A stretch of 62,921 nucleotides of DNA, filler included, from Octopus bimaculoides (lineage: Eukaryota): assembly GCF_001194135.2 (NCBI RefSeq). It is 6 parts of 6 records of this genome, joined end to end, with 100 filler letters (N's around TTAATTAATTAA, not from the genome) between each part and the next. Parts side by side here need not be neighbours in the genome. Positions count along the whole stretch, not along the records: positions 7,638 to 27,699 come from NC_068987.1; 5 more parts are not named here. One strand, 5' to 3'. Positions 13,660 through 25,757 of the stretch are shown one piece after another (the first letter of the stretch is position 1; each line of letters starts with the position of its first letter). The notes under the pieces are model-generated. The model searched no databases and was not told the DNA's origin. It saw nothing but the letters and a program-made list of their open reading frames with translations. Position numbers and translations under genes: made by a program.

Positions 13660-13900
13660 TCATTTAATGCCTACTTTTCTATACTTGCATGGGTCAGACA
13701 GAATTTCTTTTGAGGCAGATTTCCTATGGCCAGACGCCCTTCTTGTCGCCAGCTCTCGCCTATATTCAAGCGAGATCATATTTTTCCATGACTAGACATA
13801 TTCTCAGAGAGAACTGGAAACAAAGGGTACGACTTGCATAACAGTGAAACTCGTTTACAGCTATTACACACTGTCAATGTAAGGAGACACACACATACAC
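13660..13900 (+). mobile_element. Dispersed repeat family D (ttgcatgggtcagacaga...cactcgtttacaactatcacacaatgtcaag)
   Basis: Related copies at ~20320-20550 and ~22600-22810. Confidence 0.65.
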
Positions 13901-15082
13901 ACATGTGGTATAGTAGCTATTACATCTGCTTCACACACAGAAGGTTGTGAGTTCAAACCTTGCCAAAATTGTGTCTTTTGTGTAACCCATGGGAGCATGG
14001 ATGTTAAATGATGATGACTTTATGTGTGAGTGTATGTATATATATATATATATGGACAATGGTTGTAGAAATCACTTGCCCAAAACTCCACACTGTGGGA
14101 TTGAACATGAAACCATGTGGTTGGGGAGCAAACTTCTTAGTATAATGTCATGCCTTCTTGTCACCAGCTCTCACCTATATCCAAGCAAGATGTCAGTGCT
14201 GGTTCTCTCTATGCTTTATATTAAGCAATAAATAACTACTTTCTACTCTGAAAGGAAAATAATCTTGCAGGTATGGCTGCGTGGTAAGAATTTTGCTTCC
14301 CAACCACATGGTTCTGAGTTCAGTTCCACTACATAGCACTTTGGGGAAGTGCCTTTTACTATAGCCTCATGCCAGCCAAGGCCTTGTGAATGGATTTGGT
14401 AAACTGAAGGAAGATCATCAGACAAAAAAAAAAGAAGAATCAGTGAATTTCAGTCATTTACAATCAATATTTCTTCTTCCTGATGGGATCCAGTTCTGTG
14501 ATGACAAATAGTGTGTCTTAAACATTTTCAACCCAGTGGAACCATCCTTCTCCAGGTCTCTGAATGCAGCTGGTCACTTGAAGGAAGAAAGTAAGAAAGA
14601 GTGAAAGAAGAAAATCTACCCTTGGTAATTTACTTATCAACCCCAAAAGTATAAAATGTAATTTGGACCATGGTAGGATTTGAGCTCAGACACGAAGAAA
14701 CTAAATGAATGCCACAAGGTACTCGAGCCAATGCCCTAATGACCATACTAACACGACCATGCAATATCTTTGAGCATAAAGACTGAAGTAAAATGAAATG
14801 AAATGCAATCAGAGAAACACTGTCCACCAAGATGGACATCATCTAACATCCGTTTTCCATGCTGGCATGGGTTACATGGTTTTACAGGAGCTAGTAAGGC
14901 CAGGAACCACACCAGGTTCCATTGACTATTCTGGTATGGTTTCTAACATCAACCACTTTGAAGAGTGTATTGAGTGCTCTTTATGTGACACCAGCACTGA
15001 CAAAATTTAAATGCTTGACACCACAGAAGTTCGTTGATATTTTGATATTTCCCACGGCATGAATTAAACCAGTATATTTTGC

Positions 15083-15273
15083 TCTTTTACTTGTTTCAGT
15101 CATTTGACTGTGGCCATGCTGGAGCACCACCTTTAGTCGAGCAAATTGACCCCAGGACTTATTCTTTGGAAGCCTAGTACTTATTTTATCTGTCACTTTT
15201 GCTGAACAGCTAAGTTACCGGGATGTAAACACACCAGCATCGGTTGTCAAGCGATGTTAAGGGGCAAACACAG

Positions 15274-15318
<45 letters not shown>

Positions 15319-15481
15319 CGACAGGCTTCTTTCAGTTTCCGTCTACCAAATCCATTCACAAGGCTTTGGTTGGCCCGACGCTATAGTAGAAGACACCTGC
15401 CCAAGGTGCCACACAGTGGGACTGAACCCAGAACTATTTGGTTGGTAAGCAAGCTACTTACCACACAGCCACTCCTGTGCC
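15083..15481 (-). mobile_element. Near full-length SINE family A
   Basis: Reverse complement of the head (ccacacagccactcctgtgcc at the right end) and the tail (tcttttacttgtttcagtc at the left end). Confidence 0.9.
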
Positions 15482-15727
15482 TACACAAGAATTTCAATAT
15501 TATTTCATCATTACTGAAAGGTGACATTTCACTCTGCTGATACTCCGAGTGTCACATTTGGCAAACTAAATGCATAGATCTGTCGACCGTAATTTTTTCT
15601 GGATGTCTCTTTATTTGCTACTTTCAGATTAACCACAATAAATTAATTCTACAAATATTTTCTTGGAACTACATAAACAAGCTTGCTACAACCAAATTAT
15701 TCTATTAAAAAGTATAAACATAAACAT

Positions 15728-16138
15728 AGGCGTAGGAGTGGCTGTGTGGTAAGTAGCTTGCTTGTGAACCACATGGTTCAGGGTTCAGTCCCACTGCGTG
15801 GCACCTTGGGCAGGTGTCTTCTACTATAGCCTCGGGCCAACTGAAGCCTTGTGAGTGGATTTGGTAGATGGAAACTGAAAGAAGCCCATCGTATATATGT
15901 ATATATATATGTATGTGTGTGTATATGTTTGTGTCTGTGTTTGTCCCCCCAACACCGCTCGACAACCGATGCTGGTGTGTTTACGTCCCTGTAACTTAAC
16001 GGTTCAGCAAAATAGATCAATAGAATAAGTACTAGGCTTCCAAAGAATAAGTCCTGGGGTTGATTTGATCGACTAAAGGCGGTGCTCCAGCATGGCCACA
16101 GGCAAATGACTGAAACAAGTAAAAGAGTAAAAGAATAG
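15728..16138 (+). mobile_element. Near full-length SINE family A
   Basis: ggcgtaggagtggctgtgtggtaagtagc head through to the aaacaagtaaaagagtaaaaga tail. Confidence 0.9.
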
Positions 16139-16439
16139 CAAAACATGATGTGCCATTTGAATGATACAGTATAAGAACAACATGTCCAAGTTAGACAGCA
16201 TTCTGCAAAGTGGAAAAGGGCTAATTTTGAAAAATACCTTACCAAAAAGAAAAAAAAAAGAGTAAAATAAAAGCATTGTCTTCATCATTATATTTTATTT
16301 ATCAACAATAATTTCGGAATGTCAAAAATATACTATATATTATTATAAAATATAACATACCTTATAAAAATGTATAATATATGTATATAAAAATAACAGT
16401 ATTTAAATCAAAAGAAGAGAAATCTGGCATTTATTTGTA

Positions 16440-16672
16440 AATAATAATAATAATAATCCTTTCTATTATAGAGAAAGGGCCTGAAATTTGGGGGGAAGGT
16501 TCGAGTCAATTATATCGGCCCCTGTACTTGACAAGTACTTATTTCATCAATCCTGTAAATAAGAAAGGATAAGTCAACCTTGGCAGCATTTGAACTCAGA
16601 ACATAAAGAAAGATGAAATGTTGCTAAACATTTCGTTCCCGCTGCAAATGATTCTGCTAACTCACTGCCTTA
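16440..16672 (-). mobile_element. SINE family B, flanked on both sides by AAT repeats; probably in the ATRAID 3' UTR
   Basis: Reverse complement of the B head ends at gccttaataataat; the tail is ataataatcctttcta. Confidence 0.75.
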
Positions 16673-17060
16673 ATAATAATGATATTAATAATAATAATGA
16701 TGATAAGAAAACAATTTAATATAGGCACAAGGCTTCAACTATTGTAGGAGTTGTAAGGAAGTGTAGACCCCCCCCCCATAACAAAAAAATCCTCTTGTCA
16801 CATGACTAGTATGGTATGCACCTTCTCAAACTGCATCTGTGTGAAAGGCAAAAATGAGGCCTAGCAGAATTTCAAATCTGAATGTTAAATAAACACCAAT
16901 ATGCCAATTTCATCAAACCCTTACCGTTTCCACCAAATTTCATCAAACTCATTCAGTTGGTATTAATCCTCTCACCCCGACCCTGCTCCTCCACCCCCAC
17001 CCCTGGTTTACATTGTTTGTTTTTCACTTTTTTTTCTTTTCTTTTTTTATTTCTTCCTTC

Positions 17061-17165
17061 TTAAAGTGTCCCAATTTTCCTTCTCTCTGTAAACCAGAAC
17101 AGAGCTGAGACCAAAACAACTCCGGCAGCAGTCGAGATACCATAGACATCCATAGGGAAGTGACC
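17061..17165 (-). CDS. ATRAID: ATRAID last coding exon: GHFPMDVYGISTAAGVVLVSALFWFTERRKIGTL* (transmembrane helix plus basic cytoplasmic tail)
   Basis: Acceptor tttgtttttcattgcag|G, phase 0, 105 nt including TAA. It aligns by eye with the human ATRAID end GSFSLLMFFGILGATTLSVSILLWATQRRKAKTS. Confidence 0.9.
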   Translation of the reverse strand, partial: GHFPMDVYGISTAAGVVLVSALFWFTERRKIGTL

Positions 17166-17310
17166 CTGCAATGAAAAACAAAGACAAATTAACTAATTTG
17201 ATGCTAGGAAATTAAACCACAAGCTTAATGAGACACACAAAAGAAAATATTGAATTCATTACGACTTCCATTTTTCATGATATTTCTAATGAGTAGACTG
17301 CTTGTCTCTT

Positions 17311-17690
17311 TGGCTGTGTGGTAAGTAGCTTGCTTACCAACCACATGGTTCCGGGTTCAGTCCCACTGCGTGGCACCTTGGACAAGTGTCTTCTACTATA
17401 GCCTCGGGCCGACCAAAGCCTTGTGAGTGGATTTGGTAGATGGAAACTGGAAGAAGCCTGTCGTATATATGTATGTGTGTGTGTGTGTGTGTGTTTGTGT
17501 TTGTCCCCCACCAACATTGCTTGACAACCGATGCTGGTGTTTACGTTCCCGTAACTTTGCAGTTCGGCAAAAGAGACCGATAAAATAAGTACTAGGCTTA
17601 CAAAGAATAAGTCCTGGGGTCGATTTGCTCGACTAAAGGCAGTGCTCCAGCATGGCCGCAGTCAAATGACTGAAACAAGTAAAAGAGAAT
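17311..17690 (+). mobile_element. SINE family A in the last ATRAID intron (antisense to the gene)
   Basis: Full family A body matching other copies. Confidence 0.9.
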
Positions 17691-18100
17691 ATAAACTAGA
17701 CTGTCACTTTACCATCATCATTTTAACAGGCTTGCACAAGTCAGATGGAATTTATTAAGGGAGATTTTCTACCATTTGACAACTGGTGTTGGTTTGTTAA
17801 CATCCCCATAAGTTAGTGGTTCATGTAAATAGTGACAGATGGAATTAGTACCAGACCTAAAAATTAGCACTGGGGCCGATTTGGTCGACTAAACCATTCA
17901 AGGTAGTGCTCCAGCCTGGCCACATTCATTTCAATGAATGAAACAAATAAAAAAAAAAATCAAAGATAACTTAAATTTCCTTCTTAGCAGAGAGCAAAAA
18001 AAAACCCTGGAGGCGATTGTTATAAACTCTGGAAGAGAAAGGGAGATAATTTGAAGAAAGTAGGAAACAAACTCTCAATGTTAGTACGTATCTTTCATAT

Positions 18101-18283
18101 CAGTGGCTCTCAACCATTTTTAGCCTGTGGACCATTTTGATTCTTATAACTAAATATTATTAGCAATTGTATGAAGTGGAAAAATTATTAAAATATTGTG
18201 TGTATTGTAGGAATATAACCAGTTTATTGCGGGTAAATATTTTAACAACAAAACCTTATTTGGATTCCAGTTGAGAACCACTG
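18101..18283. mobile_element. hAT/Charlie-type MITE
   Basis: TIRs CAGTGGCTCTCAAC / GTTGAGAACCACTG. An 8-bp TSD is not clearly preserved. Confidence 0.65.
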
Positions 18284-18696
18284 CTGTAGATAGGGAGAAA
18301 AAAATAGAGTGAAGGTGTATGACATAGTGGTCAGAAGTGTTCAGTTTATGACCATAAGAATGAGAGTTCAATTCTTGGATAAGGTATTGTGTTGTACCCT
18401 TGACCTATGCTCTTCTTTTCACCTTATTCTAGTCAAATTAGCTGTTGTACAGCAAGGGTGCTTGTACAATCCACTCTCATTTCAATTGTCATAACCTACA
18501 TATTCTAACTGGATCGAGAGCAAAGTGGCTGAGAGGACATCCGAATCTGTTCTCAGCAACATAAGAATCAAAAACAATTAGCAAAATCATGGTTCATATT
18601 ACCAAGACACCCTTGCTCACAGCTGAGGACTAGTTGTACTATTTTTATTGTCTAAGAGGAAAGAAAGTCTGGTCTTTCTTTTTGACAAGATACAAC

Positions 18697-18735
18697 TATA
18701 GACACGTTTCAGTCTATTTGACCTCATCATCATAT
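18697..18735 (-). ncRNA. Degenerate minimal hammerhead ribozyme motif
   Basis: Minus strand: tatg ATGATGA ggtc aaata gact GAAAC GT GTC tata. C3 is replaced by A. Stem III ACGTGT is one CpG change from the palindrome ACGCGT. Confidence 0.5.
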
Positions 18736-18867
18736 CAGAGTTTAACCAAACCTACCAATAAGTTTTTCTACATAAGAGAAAAAAATTATGAAAATTCATA
18801 AATCGGTCATATGAGTTATTTCCCTTAGCTTATCTTATTTCCAATATAAGCAACATTTGTTCGGAAT

Positions 18868-19108
18868 TTCTTTTACTCTTTTACTCGTTTCGGTCATTTG
18901 ACTGCGGCCATGCTGGAGTACCGTCTTTAGTCGAACAAATAGACCCCTGAACCTAGTCTTTGCAAGCCTAGTACTGATTTTATCGGTTATTTTTGCCAAA
19001 CCGCTAGGTTACAGGGACGTAAACAAACCAACATTAGTGGTCAAATGATGGTGGGGGCAAAGACACACACACACACACACACATTGTGTGTATGTATGTA
19101 TGTATGTA

Positions 19109-19149
<41 letters not shown>

Positions 19150-19248
19150 AGCTTCTTTCAGTTTCCATCTACCAAATCCACTCACAAGGCTTTAGTAGAA
19201 AGTACTTGCCCAAGGTACCACGCAGTAGGACTGAACCCAGAACCATGA
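18868..19248 (-). mobile_element. SINE family A in the last ATRAID intron (sense to the gene)
   Basis: Reverse complement of the family A tail and body; the head is truncated. Confidence 0.85.
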
Positions 19249-19254
19249 GGTTGA

Positions 19255-19450
19255 GACAAAAGAAAATGCCAGCAAGCCGGCAGAATCAGGTACAATACTT
19301 GGCAGTATTTCTTCCAACTCTTTACATTCTGAGTTCAAATCTCACTGAGGTCAGCTTTGCCTTTCATCCTTTCACATTCAATAAAATAAAGTGGTAGCCA
19401 AGTATTGGAGTTGAAGTAATCAATTTGTCCCCTCCCCTCAAAAACTATTG
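19255..19450 (+). mobile_element. Diverged SINE family B
   Basis: ttctgagttcaaatc and gcctttcatcctttc blocks. Confidence 0.6.
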
Positions 19451-19754
19451 GCTTGAACCCTACAACAGACCAGCATCCCATTCAGGGAAAATGTTGTAAT
19501 CTCAGCCCCTTATACACCCTAGAAACTTGCTTTCATAGTCTTAGGGCGGAAAAAAAAAAGCTTTTTAAAAATATGTTTAGAGTAAAAAGAGTAACGAGTG
19601 TCACTCAAGCCACTGACTCAATGAGTGAAGTGTAAGAGGGAGGAAGGGAGAAATGCAAGGTCACAAGGTGAATTGAAGCAAGACAGACACAAAAGTGTTT
19701 TACAGGAACACAAATGAGAAAGGAAACAAATGATTTCAATACTGATATACGTAC

Positions 19755-19852
19755 AGTTCTTTTGCATTTATAGCCATAATAACCTGGATCACAATTGCAT
19801 TCGGCATAACCTGGTCCTGCTTCTGTGCAGTTAGAGTGTAAGGGACAACTTA
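19755..19852 (-). CDS. ATRAID: ATRAID EGF-like exon: (L)SCPLHSNCTEAGPGYAECNCDPGYYGYKCKRT
   Basis: Acceptor ttttatttttaattttcag|TA, donor ACT|gtacgt, 98 nt, phase 1 to 0. It matches human CPENGSCVPDGPGLLQCVCADGFHGYKCMRQ, including GPG and GYKC. Confidence 0.92.
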
Positions 19853-20734
19853 CTGAAAATTAAAAATAAAACAAGAAATCAATAAATAGTAGGGTGAGCA
19901 ATTCCTTGCCATCAAATTTCATCAGAATTCATATATGAAACTGCCCACTGGTAGATTAAAGTTACTGACCCCTACCCTGTGTCAACCCCAAATGAGCAGA
20001 TTTACAATCAAAACACTCTAGTGATAACTATCACGTTTTTATTTCTAGACTACATTATCTACTGTTCAAGATGTGGAGTATGGTTTGTGAGAAATCTAGC
20101 TGCAATTTCTAGCAGATTGAAAAAAGAAAAACGTTTGGATGCATACAACCTGAATTTGTTAAATTAAAGATTCATTATTTTTTTCAACACAGATATGATT
20201 CTAGCAGGTTCTTATGCACCTTCATTTTGCCTTATTCTGAAACAAGTTCTCTGTTTATGCTTTAGAAAATAGTAATCTTGAAACAATTACACACATACAC
20301 ACCATCATTTTCATTTCCACTTTTCCATGATTGCATGGATCAGACAGAATTTACTGATGCTCATTTTCTACAGTTGGATGCCCTTCATGCTAGCCCTCAT
20401 CTGTTTCCAAATAAAGTAAAATTTTTCTCTAAGACCAGACATGTTTTCATAGATGATTGGAAATGAAGGACACTGCTTGCATGATGGTGACACTCGTTTA
20501 CAACTACACAGCAATGTCAAGGCAAGATGACAGTATCTCACAGACACACACACACACTGTCACTATATATATATATATCAGTTGAATAAAGTTAAAACAT
20601 GGTCTGGTTTCCATGGTTTCTTTTTTAATATCATACTAAAAAACGTGAAATTCAGACCATGTTTTAACATTATTCAACTGATAGATTATTCTATACATAT
20701 TTACACAAATTCAGAAAATATATATATATATATA

Positions 20735-21051
20735 TAATTAAGTGGAGAATGAAAAACAAACACAAGAAGAAGCAAGTCAATTGNNNNNNNNNNAAGTGGA
20801 GAATGAAAAACAAACACAAGAAGAAGCAAGTCAATTGGGCTAGTTATCCATTGATTTAATTATGTGGAGATTATATAATGAGTCATTTACGACCGTTTCG
20901 ATGTGCTAAATGGTTTGGCAGATCTCTTCAGAATGTTGAGAAGTATGTTAAAGTTCATGGTGTGAGAGATGCAGGAGAAACAGTTAGTGGATATAGTAAT
21001 GCAATTGACTTGCTTCTTCTTGTGTTTGTTTCTCCATTCTCCACTTAATTA
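20735..21051 (-). mobile_element. Penelope-like remnant with ~50-bp terminal inverted repeats and an internal degenerate hammerhead
   Basis: taattaagtggagaatg...caagtcaattg at 20735-20783 is inverted at 21002-21051. The minus-strand motif CTGAAGA gatctgc..gcacatc GAAACGGTC lies at 20891-20931. Confidence 0.55.
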
Positions 21052-21218
21052 TAATTACAAACTGCGGTTTAAACAATAAATTACCTGCCTCTGGATACCT
21101 TCGAACAAAGACGGTACCCACACAAGTAATTTCCAGGAGTGCCTTTGGATTTAACTATCCCCTGGTTGCTTAGATACTTCAGACTACCCCTGAAATATTG
21201 AAGCAATCCTATCATATA

Positions 21219-21259
<41 letters not shown>

Positions 21260-22839
21260 TTAACACACACACTTACATACACAGAGGACAAGCTTCTTTC
21301 AGTTTCTATCTATCAAATCTACTCACAAAGCTTTGGTCAGCCTGGGGTTGTAGAAGCCACTTGACCATCTCATACATGAGGCTAATCAGTAAATTTAGAG
21401 ACCGAGGAAAATAAATAATATTTGCTCTGCAACTGAATTTGAATTACCTTTTGTCAATATATCTAAAACAAACATTCCTTATTTCATTTTCCTTCGTATA
21501 AATGGATTGAGCTGGAGGAAGGGGTCCTCTCAGAACAGAGAGACTGATGACCATCATGGTTAATATTCAATGTGCAAGAAAACATGTACACTGTAGAAAT
21601 TCTAGAAAAACTGATGTTCAAGGAAGGAAGGACTGGAGGGACTGATTGGTGGATGGACAAGGGAGTCGGGTGTTCTTGGATAGAAGTGGAACAAGACTAA
21701 CCAGTTTCAAGCAGTAACAAATGCAGAAAGAGAGGAAATAGGACAACTGTGAATCAGATGCTGGTGAAGGACTCCATGTCAGTCTGCCAAGTGGTTGGCC
21801 ACTGGACACAATCACTGAGTACCATGAAGAAACTCTAGAGAAGGTAAGTAGTTGTTGGTCTCTGAAGAAGAAAGCCAGCTTTTGTGATGCAGTGTAACTA
21901 ATTAAAATCAAATCTAATTACTCAAAGACAACTCTCCTTCATCATTCACTGGTATTAGTTGCCAACCTGTATATGCTATTTTGATGAATAAGGAAAAGAA
22001 GGAACTACAATATGGTAAGTCCATTTTTTAGAAATAATAGTGAAATTATCCCAAATCACAGACTATTATCTCAAAAAAGGGGAGATGTGTATCCAGGTTA
22101 ACGCAGACCTGGATAAACTATGATTGAACCGATGGTTGTGAACCTTGCCACTAAAAAACTCTATTATTTAAATGAAAAATGAATATTCCTAAAGGTCCCA
22201 GGTTTTTGAAAGGTCTGCATCCTCAATAAGCTGATTTTATTAACACCAAACTCATTTTCCCAGTTTCTTCTCTCATTTGAAATATGTGAGTAACTGAATA
22301 ACTAAATGTAACTGAGTAATTACACATTTTCAACTGCAACCTTTTAAAATTATCTTAAACAGTTCACAAAGCCTCAAGGTACAACCTACATTCTACAGCT
22401 CAAAGTTGGGAACAGATGACTTAATCAAAGATGAGATAATGATGGCCTTACGGCCTTCATTCACAGATCTACTTGATCAAGATTCACTTGAGATGAAAGT
22501 ACAAACTACAACGAAACCACATAGATTATACAGATCCACACATCACACACGAAAGTATTTTAGTTTCTAACAATCTATATATCATCATCATTGGGACATT
22601 TCTTTTCCATGCTTGCATGGGGTCAAATAGTTTTATTGCGACAGATTTTCTGTGGTCTGATGCCTTTCCTGTCACTAACCCTGACCTGTTTCCAGGCAAA
22701 CTAATATTACCTCATGTCAAACATGACTTTGCAGAATATTAGAAATGAATGACACTATTCCTATGGCAGTGACACTCATAACTATAACACAATGTCAAGA
22801 CAAAGGGACACACAAAAACGTAGAAATATTTTTCGCCTT

Positions 22840-23140
22840 ATTGGCACTTGTGCCGGTGGCATGTGAACAAAACATTTGACTGACTCCTGTGCAGGTGACA
22901 CATAAAAAACACCATTTGAGCGTGGCTGTTGCTAGTGCCACCGAACTGGCCCTCGTACCGGTGGCACGTAAAAAGCACCCACTACACTCTCGGAGTAGTT
23001 GGCATTAGGAAGGGCATCCAGCTGTAGAAACTCTGCCAGATCAGATTGGAGTCTGGTGCAGCCATCTAGTTCGCCAGTCCCCAGTCAAATTGTCCAACCC
23101 ATGCTAGCATGGAAAGCGGACGTTAAATGATGATGATGAT
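22840..23140 (+). mobile_element. SINE family F with a V-domain-like block (ttggcattaggaagggcatccagctgta) and a (GAT)n tail
   Basis: Related pieces at ~14820-14960, 23145-23290 (reverse, tail-to-tail), 26700-26840 and 27620-27700. The V-SINE resemblance is from recall. Confidence 0.7.
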
Positions 23141-23371
23141 CATCATCATCATTTAGCATCTGCTTTGCATGCTAGCATGGGTTGGACAGTTTGACAGATG
23201 ATAAGGTTGTGGGCCACACCAGGTTCCACTGTCTGTTCTGGCATGGCTTCTACAGCTGGATGCCCTTCCTAATGCCAACCATTTACAGGGCTTCTTTCAG
23301 TTACCATCTACCATATTCAGTCACATGGCTTCATGCAAAACAAAGACTAAACTACTGGAATCACAGACCAC

Positions 23372-23752
23372 ATTCTTTTATTCTTTTACTTGTTTCAGTC
23401 ATTTGACTGCGGCCATGCTGGAGCACCGCCTATTTTTAGTCGAGCAAATCGACCCCAGGACTTATTCTTTGTAAGCCTAGTACTTATTCTATCGGTCACT
23501 TTTTGCCGAACCACTAAGTTACGGAGACGTAAACACACCAGCATCGCATGTCAAGCAAACACACAAACAAACACACACACACAAGTATATATATATACAT
23601 ATACACAATGGGCTTCTTTCAGTTTCCGTCTACCAAGGCTTAGGTCGGCCCGAGGCTATAGTAGAAGACACTTGCCCAAGGTGCCACGCAGTGGGATGGG
23701 ACCCAGAGCCATGTGGTTGGTAAGCAAGCTACTTACCACACAGCCACTCCTG
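23372..23752 (-). mobile_element. SINE family A in an ATRAID intron
   Basis: Full reverse family A copy. Confidence 0.9.
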
Positions 23753-23961
23753 CACATATATATATTCAAAACACATAGCAGGAATTGCTTTATTCCAAGG
23801 CGAAACACATATCAGCTTCTTTCAGGCAATTTAACACAAAAGAAATTTGACACTTTTACTTCGCACATGAATGATTAAAAGTACTTTGGCAAACCAAAGC
23901 CTTCATGCATGGGAAGAAAAGAGGAAATTGAAGTAGGTGGGGGAAAAAATTGATTCCTTAC

Positions 23962-24080
23962 AATTGTAAAGTATACAGGTATTAACTTGGTCTATGCATT
24001 CGACATAATCTGCATGTACTGTAATATTATACCAAATGTCGGCACCACCAGGGCAGGAATTGTTGATATTTGGAAGAGAT
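23962..24080 (-). CDS. ATRAID: ATRAID exon: SLPNINNSCPGGADIWYNITVHADYVECIDQVNTCILYN
   Basis: Acceptor tttattcctcctgaag|A, donor T|gtaagg, 119 nt, phase 2 to 1. It matches human ILPQHVNCPGGINAWNTITSYIDNQICQGQKNLC (LP..CPGG...W...C..Q.N.C). The N-x-S/T sequons fit a lysosomal glycoprotein. Confidence 0.92.
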
Positions 24081-24701
24081 CTTCAGGAGGAATAAAAAAA
24101 ATTAAAAAAAGAAAAGAAAGAAAAATAATAATTAGTTAATTATATCATGATAATTTCGAAGAAAAACGTTAAAACATGTTGAACATGATGATGATGATGA
24201 GGAGGATGAGGATAACGACGACAGTTTCTTTGCAGCCAAATAGTTCCATATTTGACCCCAACTGTGCAGCAGCCGACCTTAACCCTTGATCAATAACTTG
24301 TGATAAATGAAATAGCAAAAGTTTAAAGTATAAAAATATGTGACACGATGCTATGCTTCATGTCTATTTGGGAGCAAATGTGGAGGAAATGCAACAGAAA
24401 GAGACAAGCTTTTATCATATTACCAACGATATTCATTTGTTATATTAAGTTTACTTTCCTTTTAAAAAGGATTAAAAAAAAAAACAGTATACAGAACTTC
24501 GACAAAATGGTTATTAAGTGTGATGGTATCAGATCTTGTTTTTCTTTTCTTTTTTCATTTCCTGGGATAAAGATGCCTGCTTTGAAGCACGAAGAGAAGA
24601 GAAAATCACAGCAGTGAAGGGAGGCTACTCTTCAATGTTGAAAATTCAAAATGGTTTAAAGAAGAGTTAGGAGAAAATATTTTTCTTATATCTTTTATCT
24701 A

Positions 24702-25131
24702 GGTGGCGAGCTGGCAGAAACGTTAGCACGCCGGGCGAAATGCTTAGCGGTATTTCGTCTGCCACTACGTTCTGAGTTCAAATTCCGCCGAGGTCGACTT
24801 TGCCTTTCATCCGTACGGCATCAATTAAATAAGCACCAGTTACGCACTGGGTCGATATAATCGACTTAATCTGTTTGTCTGTCCTTGTTTATCTCCTCTG
24901 TGTGTAGCCCCTTGTGGGCAGTAAAGAAATAAGAAACGTTAGCATGCCGGGCGAAATGCTTAGCGGTATTTCGTCTGTCTTTACCTTCTGAATTCAAATT
25001 CCGCTGAGGTCGACTTCACCTTTCATCCTTACGGGGCTGATAAATTAAATACCAGTTGTGTACTGGGGTCGATCTAATTGACTGGCCCCTTCCCCAAAAA
25101 TTTAGGGCCTTGTGCCCAGAGAAGAAAAGAA
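24702..25131 (+). mobile_element. Dimeric SINE family B with a 15-bp TSD
   Basis: Two tandem B bodies with different tails. tatatcttttatcta occurs at 24687-24701 and 25132-25146. Confidence 0.85.
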
Positions 25132-25400
25132 TATATCTTTTATCTATTACTTGTTCAATAAGTTAATATGATTGAGTTANNNNNNNNNNNNNNNNNNNNN
25201 NNNNNNNNNNNNNNNNNNNNNNNNNNNNNNNNNNNNNNNNNNNNNNNNNNNNNNNNNNNNNNNNNNNNNNNNNNNNNNNNNNNNNNNNNNNNNNNNNNNN
25301 NNNNNNNNNNNNNNNNNNNNNNNNNNNNNNNNNNNNNNNNNNNNNNNNNNNNNNNNNNNNNNNNNNNNNNNNNNNGATATTGTAAAAGGAATATTTGCAT

Positions 25401-25757
25401 ACATTATTTACATTTGACGGATATTTGTCCTCATCCTGTTTGTTGTGAACACAACGTTTTGGCTGATATACCCTCCAGCCTTCGTCAGGTGTCTTGGGGA
25501 AATTTCGAACCTGGGTTCTCATTCCTAACGATGTTACTATTATTATATTATTATTATTATTATTATTACTATTATTAATCAGGTCGCTGCCGTGAATCGA
25601 ACTCGGAACCTTGGGGTTAGTAGCCCGCGCGCTTAACCACTACGCCATATGCCCGTGGGCAATTATGGGGTGAATTTTAAGGCTTATAAATCTATTATTT
25701 TTCTATCCTTCAAATGTAAATAATGTAAATAATTCCTCATCTCTTAAATATAGAACT
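25401..25757 (-). mobile_element. tRNA-headed short element carrying a hammerhead motif and an inverted tail copy, with a 12-bp TSD
   Basis: Head 25654-25579 (A box TGGCGTAGTGG, B box GAGTTCGATTC), then (AAT)n, then a hammerhead at 25494-25449. The tail tcaaatgtaaataatgt is inverted at 25710-25757. TSD gaatatttgcat at 25389-25400 and 25758-25769. Confidence 0.75.

Noticed and set aside
20735-20836. Direct tandem duplication of a 44-bp unit
   Set aside because: The copies are identical and separated by 10 Ns, typical of an unmerged contig overlap.
25579-25654. tRNA gene (also the heads at 3924 and of SINE A)
   Set aside because: A and B boxes are present, but acceptor and anticodon stems do not pair fully and each continues into repeat body; these are SINE heads.
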